Below, piece after piece: positions 57,647 to 64,000 of a DNA stretch of 64,000 nucleotides. A program made the position numbers and the translations under genes. A model generated the notes under the pieces. The model made no database searches and had not been told where the DNA came from. It saw nothing but the letters and a program-made list of their open reading frames with translations. The stretch lies in contig CAXXMU010000001.1 of the NCBI GenBank assembly GCA_963667785.2, positions 800,001 to 864,000 on the forward strand. The letters run 5' to 3'. Every line of letters starts with the position of its first letter. The first letter of the stretch is position 1. The DNA comes from Alphaproteobacteria bacterium (GTDB lineage: Bacteria; Pseudomonadota; Alphaproteobacteria; UBA828).

Positions 57647-59962
57647 CTAGAACCTCGTTCCGAAGCTGAAGCGGAATGTCTCGGTCCGGTCGAAGTCCTC
57701 TTTGACCAGGGCCCGCGCAAAGTCGAGGCGGATCGGCCCGAGCGGCGACCGGAAGTTGATGCCGGCGCCGACCGAGAGCCTCGGCGAGCCTTCTTCCAGA
57801 ATTCCGGGTCCGGTGTCGTCGGTCTTGGCGAGGCTGCCGACGTCGGTGAAGAGCGCTCCCCGCATGTTGAGCGCCTCGTCGAGGCCGAGCGGGATGCTCA
57901 TCTCGCCCGTCACCGAGTAGAACACGTTACCGCCGAGCGCATCGCCGGACCTCTCGTCGCGTGGACCGACCCCGCTCGGCTCGAAGCCTCTAAGCCTGTG
58001 GCCGCCGAGGAAGAAGCGGTCGACGATCCGCACGTCGTCGTCGAGGCCGACGATGTGGCCGGTGCGGGTGAGCGCGCTCAATATCCATCCATCCCCGAGG
58101 GGGTGGTAGTAGCCGTAGTTGAGGGTGTGCCGGAGATACCTGGCATCGCCGCCGATCCCGGCCAGCTCCTGCGAGACGCGGGCGGAGTAGCCGGAGGTCG
58201 GGTCGATGCGGCTGTCGCGCAGATCGTAGTGCAGCGTCTGCGAGACCGACGAAGTCGTCGTCGTACCCTCTTGCCGGGAGATGAAGAGGGACGAATCGTC
58301 GGGAACGTCGCTGACGATGTCGGTCCTGAGTCCGTACGAGACGGTGTGCTGCAGCCGCTCTGCCAGCGGATAGCCGGCCCGGAGCGCAAAACCGGTGGTC
58401 CTTCGATCGTAGGAGCTCTCTGCCTGCAGATCCACGGTCCGGCGGAACACGTCGAAGCCGGCGGCCAGGTTGCGATCCATGAAGTAGGGCTCGGTGAAGC
58501 CCAGGTCGATCTCCTGGCGGCGCCCGGAGATCACGAAGCCGAGCCGGAGATCCTGCCCCTTGCCGAACAGGTTGCGCTCCCGCAGGGAGATATCGCCGAG
58601 CAGGCCGTCCGACGACGAGACGCCGGCGCCGAAGCTGAGCTCGCCCGTGGGGACCTCGTCGACATCCACGGAGACCACGGTCCGGTCCGCCGCCGTGCCC
58701 TCGCTGGTCTCCAGGTCGACCCTGTCGAAGTAGCCGAGGTTCATGATGCGCTGCCGGGAGCGGCGGATGAGGGCCGAGTTGAAGGCATCGCCCTCCACCA
58801 GCCGGAACTCGCGCCGGATCACGTCGTCATGGGTGCGGACATTGCCGCTGATGTCGATGCGCTCGACATAGACCCGCGGGCCCTCTCCGATCTCGAAGGT
58901 CACGTCGACCGTGGCGGCTTCGAGATCGCGCCGCGTTCGGGGCCGTACGTTGACGAAGGCGTAACCGCGGCTGCCGACCGCTTCGGTGAGCGCCACCAGC
59001 GTGTCCTCGACGCGGTCCGCGTCGTACCACTCGCCCTCTTCGAGCGTGACGACCGGGAGGAGCTGCTCGGTCGACAGGTCCCGCAGCTGGTTGTCGATGT
59101 CGATGGCGCCGTAGCGATAGCGCTGCCCCTCCTCCAGAGAGAAGGTGATCACGAAGTCGTCGCGCTCGGGCGTGAGCTCGGCGACCGCCGAAATCACGCG
59201 GAAATCCACATAGCCGTTGGCGAGATAGAAGCGACGCAGCAGCTCCTGATCGAAGGTCAGCCGGTCGGGATCATAGGTATCGGCGCTGGTGAAGATGCGA
59301 TACCAGGCGCTCTCCCGGGTCTGGATCTCGTCCCGCAGCGCGTTGTCGCTGAAATGGCTGTTGCCGATGAAGTTGATGCGCCGGACCCCGGTCACCGGTC
59401 CTTCGTCCACCTCGAAGATCAGATCGACCCGGTTCTGGGGGAGCTGGATCACCTTGGGCTCGATGGTGGCGGCGAAGCGGCCGCTGCGCCTGTAGATCTC
59501 GGTCAGGCGCTGCAGGTCCGACTGCACCCGGGGCCGGGTGTAGACCACGCGCGGCCGTAGCTGGACCTCGGCCTCGAGGTCGCTGTCCTCGAGCGCTTCG
59601 TTGCCCTCGAAGACCACCCGGTTGATGATCGGGTTCTCGACCACGCTGACGATCAGGACGTCCCCGTCACGCCGGATGGCGACGTCGGCGAAGAGTCCGG
59701 TCGCGAACAGGTCCTTGAGGGACCGGTTGACGACGTCGGTATCGAACCGGTCGCCGGGAGCGATCGACAGGTGGGAGCGCACGGTATCCGCCTCGATGCG
59801 CTCGTTGCCTTCGACGAGCACGGAGTCGATCACCCGCTCCTGCGCCGTCGCGGCGCCGATCCACGCGCATAGGACGATCGCTACCAGCCAGGGAACGTGT
59901 CGTGCCCGTCCGACCCGCCGCGTCGCGGCGACGCCCGATGCCCGCCTCGTCCGCCCCGTCAT
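57647..59962 (-). CDS. bamA: Outer membrane protein assembly factor BamA
   Basis: POTRA repeats ([21 protein letters not shown]), LRGF, SPLGP, C-terminal FSFGTRF. Confidence 0.95.
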   Translation of the reverse strand: MTGRTRRASGVAATRRVGRARHVPWLVAIVLCAWIGAATAQERVIDSVLVEGNERIEADTVRSHLSIAPGDRFDTDVVNRSLKDLFATGLFADVAIRRDGDVLIVSVVENPIINRVVFEGNEALEDSDLEAEVQLRPRVVYTRPRVQSDLQRLTEIYRRSGRFAATIEPKVIQLPQNRVDLIFEVDEGPVTGVRRINFIGNSHFSDNALRDEIQTRESAWYRIFTSADTYDPDRLTFDQELLRRFYLANGYVDFRVISAVAELTPERDDFVITFSLEEGQRYRYGAIDIDNQLRDLSTEQLLPVVTLEEGEWYDADRVEDTLVALTEAVGSRGYAFVNVRPRTRRDLEAATVDVTFEIGEGPRVYVERIDISGNVRTHDDVIRREFRLVEGDAFNSALIRRSRQRIMNLGYFDRVDLETSEGTAADRTVVSVDVDEVPTGELSFGAGVSSSDGLLGDISLRERNLFGKGQDLRLGFVISGRRQEIDLGFTEPYFMDRNLAAGFDVFRRTVDLQAESSYDRRTTGFALRAGYPLAERLQHTVSYGLRTDIVSDVPDDSSLFISRQEGTTTTSSVSQTLHYDLRDSRIDPTSGYSARVSQELAGIGGDARYLRHTLNYGYYHPLGDGWILSALTRTGHIVGLDDDVRIVDRFFLGGHRLRGFEPSGVGPRDERSGDALGGNVFYSVTGEMSIPLGLDEALNMRGALFTDVGSLAKTDDTGPGILEEGSPRLSVGAGINFRSPLGPIRLDFARALVKEDFDRTETFRFSFGTRF

Positions 59963-61305
59963 GACGTGAGCCCGATGATGTCCTTCGTTGTCACCCAAAC
60001 CATCAAGGCGACGACCAGCATGAGCCCGACCGTCGTGCCGATCTGCTGGAGCCGGGCGGTCAGCGGGCGCCGGCACACCGCCTCCACGGCATTGTACAGA
60101 AGGTGGCCGCCGTCGAGCGGCGGGATCGGGAAGAGGTTGATCAGGCCGAGGGCGATGGAGATGAGCGCCGCGAACTCGATGAAGCCCGCCACCCCGCGCT
60201 CCAGCACGCCGCGCGACATGACGGCGATGCCGACAGGTCCGCTCAGTTGCTCGGTGGAACGGGTGCCCGCGATCATCTGGCCTACCGCGCGCAGGTTGGC
60301 GGCGGCGAGGGTGTAGGTGTGCTCGATCCCGGACCAGATCGATTCGCCGAAGCCGAGATCCCGCAGCGCAGACGGCTCCTCGGGATAGACACCGACCCGC
60401 CCGATCCCGTTCACGTCGTCCGGCGTCACCGTGAGCGTCTCTTCGCGACCGTCCCGCAGGACGACGAAGGCGAGCGGCACTGCTGCGTTCTGTTCGACGA
60501 CGGAGCGCAGATCGTCGAAGCCGGTGATCTCCGTGTCGCCGATGCGGACGATCGTATCGCCCGGCAGGAGCCCGCCTCTCTCGGCCGGGCTGCCGACGAC
60601 GACCTGGGAGATGGCGGCGGAAATGAACGGCCGCACGCCGATGTCGCCAAGCTCCTGCGGCCGGTCGAAGGGATCCAGCACCTCGACGATCTCCGGCGTC
60701 ACCGTGAACGCCAGCAGCGCGTCGCCGCGTTCGACCGCGAGCGCGATCGGCTCTCCCAGATTCTGGAGCAGGGCGAACTCCAGCTCCTCGAAGCGCTCGA
60801 TGCGGCTGCCGTTGAGCTCGACCAGCCTGTCGCCCGGCTCGATTCCGGCTATGGCGGCGGGGCTGCCGTCGCGCACGGAGCCGATCTCGACCGGCGTGTA
60901 GCGCTGGCCGACCACCATGAAGAAGACGGCGAAGATCACCGCCGCGAGCAGCAGGTTGGCGAAGGGGCCGGCGAACGCGATGGCCGAGCGCTGGCCGACA
61001 TTCTTGGCGAAGAACGAGTTGGGCGGGAGCGGTTCGTCCGCCGCCTCGGCGCTCGTGCTGGCGATGTCGGCGTCACCGTGGAACTTCACATAGCCGCCGA
61101 GCGGCAGCGCGCAGAGTTTCCAGCGCGTTCCGAACCGGTCGCTGATGCCGATCAGCTCGGGCCCGAAACCGACCGAGAACACCTCCACGCGAACCCCGTT
61201 GATCCGCGCCACGAGGTAATGGCCGAGCTCGTGGAAGAACACCACGGGTGTAATCACCGCGAGAAACGGCCAAATATAGTTCAGTTTGTCGACGATCAGG
61301 TCCAT
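59959..61305 (-). CDS. rseP: RIP metalloprotease RseP (two PDZ domains)
   Basis: HELGH, PLGGYVK, AGPFAN, NLFPIPPLDGGH. Confidence 0.95.
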   Translation of the reverse strand: MDLIVDKLNYIWPFLAVITPVVFFHELGHYLVARINGVRVEVFSVGFGPELIGISDRFGTRWKLCALPLGGYVKFHGDADIASTSAEAADEPLPPNSFFAKNVGQRSAIAFAGPFANLLLAAVIFAVFFMVVGQRYTPVEIGSVRDGSPAAIAGIEPGDRLVELNGSRIERFEELEFALLQNLGEPIALAVERGDALLAFTVTPEIVEVLDPFDRPQELGDIGVRPFISAAISQVVVGSPAERGGLLPGDTIVRIGDTEITGFDDLRSVVEQNAAVPLAFVVLRDGREETLTVTPDDVNGIGRVGVYPEEPSALRDLGFGESIWSGIEHTYTLAAANLRAVGQMIAGTRSTEQLSGPVGIAVMSRGVLERGVAGFIEFAALISIALGLINLFPIPPLDGGHLLYNAVEAVCRRPLTARLQQIGTTVGLMLVVALMVWVTTKDIIGLTS

Positions 61306-61556
61306 GACGATGAGCGAGCGGCTGTGAGCGAACGCGGGGGCGGGGCCGAGCCATACCGAGCGTTCGGTTCGGCGGGGCGATCCGTTTACTGCGACAGATT
61401 ATACATGACGATGCCGCTATCGCCGGTCAAGTCGCTGTGTGCTTGCGGGCCGTGTGTATTCGGGGCAAGTTGCGCGGTCATGGGACCCGGCTGTGCGTGC
61501 CGTTCGCGTTCCGGCGGGGTGCGGCTTGCGGCGGCCCGCGGCCGACGTGTGCGGCG

Positions 61557-64000
61557 ATGAACGCGCACGCTTCGCAGCCGGCCCCTTCCGAGCCGTCGGC
61601 TCTCGCCGACGCGGTCGCCCGGGTAGCGCGGGACGACCGCGCCGCCGTCCTCGGGCTGATGCGGCGCGCCCTCGACGAAGGCCAGAGCGCGCTGAGCCAG
61701 CGCCTCGAAGCCGGCGCGTCGGGCGCCGAGATCGTCGCCGCCCGGACGACCCTGATCGACCGGCTGTTGCGCATCATGCTCGATCGGGCGGCGCTCGTCG
61801 TCTACCCCGAGCCCAACCCGACCACCGCCAGCCGCCTTTCGCTGGTGGCGGTCGGCGGCTACGGCCGGGGCGATCTGGCACCCCATTCCGATGTCGACGT
61901 GCTCTTCCTGCATCCCTACAAGCTGACCGGACGCGGCGAGCAGATCGTCGAGTACCTGCTCCACATGATGTGGGATCTCGGCCTCGTCGTGGGCCACGCC
62001 ACGCGCTCGGTCGCCGATTGCCTCAGGCGGGCCCGCGCGGACATGACGATCAGGACCTCGGTGCTCGAATCCCGCCAGGTGTGGGGCGACGAGGCCCTCT
62101 TCGGCGACTTTCGCCGGCGCTTCCTCATCGAGCTGATCCCCGGGACCGAGGCCGAGTTCGTCGCCGCCAAGCTCGGCGAACGCGACGCCCGCCACGTACG
62201 CACGGGTGATTCGCGCTACCTCCTCGAGCCGAACGTGAAGGACGGCAAGGGCGGCCTGCGCGACCTCCACGTGCTGTTCTGGATCGCCAAGTATCTCTTT
62301 CGCGTCGATGGGTTCGGCGATCTCGTGGAACGCGGCGTGTTGAGCGGGGACGAGCACGTCCGCTTCGCGCGGGCCGAGGACTTCCTGTGGCGTGTCCGCG
62401 CCCACCTTCATACCGTCAGCGGTCGTGCCGAGAACCGGCTTACCTTCGACGTGCAGCCCGAGATCGCCGTGCGCATGGGTTACGGGCCGCGCCGCGGCAA
62501 TCTGGCGGTCGAGCGGTTCATGAAGCACTACTTCCTGGTCGCCAAGACGGTCGGCGAGCTCACGCGGGTCTTCTGCGCCGTGCTGGAGGCGGAGCGGCTC
62601 CACAGAGCGCCGGTTCGCCACGCCGGCGCGCCCACCGGGCCCGCCCGCGACGGGATGCTGGTCTCGGGCGGTCGCATCGCCGCGGCCGGGGAGGCCACGT
62701 TCAGCGAGCGTCCGGCGCGCCTCGTGACCATATTCCGCCGCGCCCAGATCGAGGGGCGGGACATTCATCCGGCCACCCTGCGGATGATCCACCAGGGCCA
62801 CGGGCTGCTCGGCCCGTCGGTGCGCGACGACCCCGAGGCCAACCGCGCGTTTCGCGCGATCCTCACCGATCGCCGCGATCCGGAGAGGGTCCTGCGGATG
62901 ATGAACGAGGCGGGCGTGCTCGGCCGCTTCCTGCCGGACTTCGGCCGGGTCGTGGGGCAGACCCAGCTCGACCTCTACCACGTCTACACGGTCGACGAGC
63001 ACAGCATCCGCGCCATCGGCGTGCTCTCCGCCATCGAGCGCGGCGCGCTTGCCGACGAACTGCCGCTTGCCAGCACCCTCGTTCACCACCTGCGGATGCG
63101 GGAGGTGCTCTATCTGGCGCTGCTCCTGCACGACGTGGCGAAGGGGCGGGGGGGCGACCACTCGAAGATCGGCGCCGAGATCGCGCGCGACGTCGCGCGC
63201 CGGCTCGAATTCGAGCCGGACGAGGCCGACACGGCCGCCTGGCTGGTGCGCTGGCACCTCCTGTTCAGCATGACCGCGTTCAAGCGCGATCCCAACGATC
63301 CGCGCACCGTCGACGACTTCGTCGGTCGCGTCCGCTCGCTCGAGCGCCTGCGCCTCCTGCTGGTGCTGACGGCCGCCGACATCACCGCCGTCGGGCCCGG
63401 TCGCATGAACGCCTGGAAGAGCTCGCTGCTGCGCATGCTCTACCACCGCGCCGAGGCGGTGCTGGCCGGCGGTCGTGAGGCGGAGGATCGAGAGGCGCGC
63501 GTGGCGAAGGCCCGGCAGGCGCTGCGTGCCCGCCTCGGCGACTGGGCCGAGGCCGACATCGCGCAGTTCGAGGCGCGCCTCCCCGACACTTACTGGCTCT
63601 CCACCGACAGCGCGATGCAGGAGCGTCATGCGCGCCTCGTGCGGGGCGGGGGCAGGGGGCCCCTGGTCGGGACCCGTATCGACCGCGCCAGGGACGCGAC
63701 CGAAATGACGCTCTACACGCCCGACTACATCGGCCTGTTCGCCGCCATCGCCGGCGCGATGGTGGAGTCGGGCGCGAACGTCGTCGATGCCCGCGTCTAC
63801 ACCACCAGCGACGGCATGGCCGTCGACACGATCTGGCTCCAGGCCGCGGACGGCGGCGCGTTCCGCGACGAAGGGCGCCTGAAGCGGCTCAAGCAAGGCG
63901 TCGTCCGCGCGCTGGCCGACGATGGCGGTGCGAGAGCCGGAGGGGCGGCTAAAGCGGCCGTCGCGGCCCCGCCGCAGCCGGCGCGGACCGCGGCGATCGT
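61557..64000 (+). CDS. glnD: [protein-PII] uridylyltransferase GlnD (runs off the window end)
   Basis: Frame from ATG 61557 gives LVAVGGYGRGDLAPHSDVD, EPNVKDGKGGLRD, YHVYTVDEH, LLHDVAKG and the start of an ACT domain; no stop before 64000, so it is absent from the ORF track. Confidence 0.93.
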   Translation, partial: MNAHASQPAPSEPSALADAVARVARDDRAAVLGLMRRALDEGQSALSQRLEAGASGAEIVAARTTLIDRLLRIMLDRAALVVYPEPNPTTASRLSLVAVGGYGRGDLAPHSDVDVLFLHPYKLTGRGEQIVEYLLHMMWDLGLVVGHATRSVADCLRRARADMTIRTSVLESRQVWGDEALFGDFRRRFLIELIPGTEAEFVAAKLGERDARHVRTGDSRYLLEPNVKDGKGGLRDLHVLFWIAKYLFRVDGFGDLVERGVLSGDEHVRFARAEDFLWRVRAHLHTVSGRAENRLTFDVQPEIAVRMGYGPRRGNLAVERFMKHYFLVAKTVGELTRVFCAVLEAERLHRAPVRHAGAPTGPARDGMLVSGGRIAAAGEATFSERPARLVTIFRRAQIEGRDIHPATLRMIHQGHGLLGPSVRDDPEANRAFRAILTDRRDPERVLRMMNEAGVLGRFLPDFGRVVGQTQLDLYHVYTVDEHSIRAIGVLSAIERGALADELPLASTLVHHLRMREVLYLALLLHDVAKGRGGDHSKIGAEIARDVARRLEFEPDEADTAAWLVRWHLLFSMTAFKRDPNDPRTVDDFVGRVRSLERLRLLLVLTAADITAVGPGRMNAWKSSLLRMLYHRAEAVLAGGREAEDREARVAKARQALRARLGDWAEADIAQFEARLPDTYWLSTDSAMQERHARLVRGGGRGPLVGTRIDRARDATEMTLYTPDYIGLFAAIAGAMVESGANVVDARVYTTSDGMAVDTIWLQAADGGAFRDEGRLKRLKQGVVRALADDGGARAGGAAKAAVAAPPQPARTAAI

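Noticed and set aside
61557-64000. Apparent frameshifted or missing gene (only junk ORFs in the track)
   Set aside because: GlnD motifs appear in order from ATG 61557; the ORF is unlisted because its stop lies beyond the window.

Overview
High-GC (about 70% by eye) alphaproteobacterial chromosome segment; the lpxI and rarA-crcB-rluC-ATP12 gene order support this. The accessory gene content resembles host-associated, possibly sponge-symbiont, genomes (inference only). From left to right: (1) the right part of a genomic island at the 3' end of tRNA-Ala(CGC), with a decayed P4-like integrase. It carries a RutR-regulated BMP-type nucleoside ABC transporter bracketed by two ~92-bp inverted TGTTG-ended transposon-end-like elements, an NCS2 permease fused to an RsbW/HATPase-like domain, and a TRAP transporter. 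(2) A core block: pccA/pccB, ATP12, rluC, crcB, rarA, cobC-like, cobS, cobT. (3) A ~21-kb amine/amide catabolic region: a dimethylformamidase-like pair, an atypical adenine deaminase, a PotABCD-like importer and a GntR regulator. These are divergent from a FAD oxidoreductase, a GS-like ligase, mgsABC/glxBCD-like genes and an unknown protein, followed by an amidase, a GGT, a single-Cys racemase-family enzyme and an (R)-amine-transaminase-like enzyme. (4) A mosaic hotspot after a two-domain cold-shock gene. An FGE-sulfatase gene ends in a DGR-like variable region joined directly to the 5' end of a group II intron, alongside photolyase and hydantoinase fragments, an IS1380-type MITE and a 10-bp-phased repeat array. 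(5) The rseP-bamA-skp-lpxD-fabZ-lpxA-lpxI-lpxB operon, with a divergent glnD running off the window end. No CRISPR array or rRNA was seen. All calls come from motif recognition by eye; no database searches were run.
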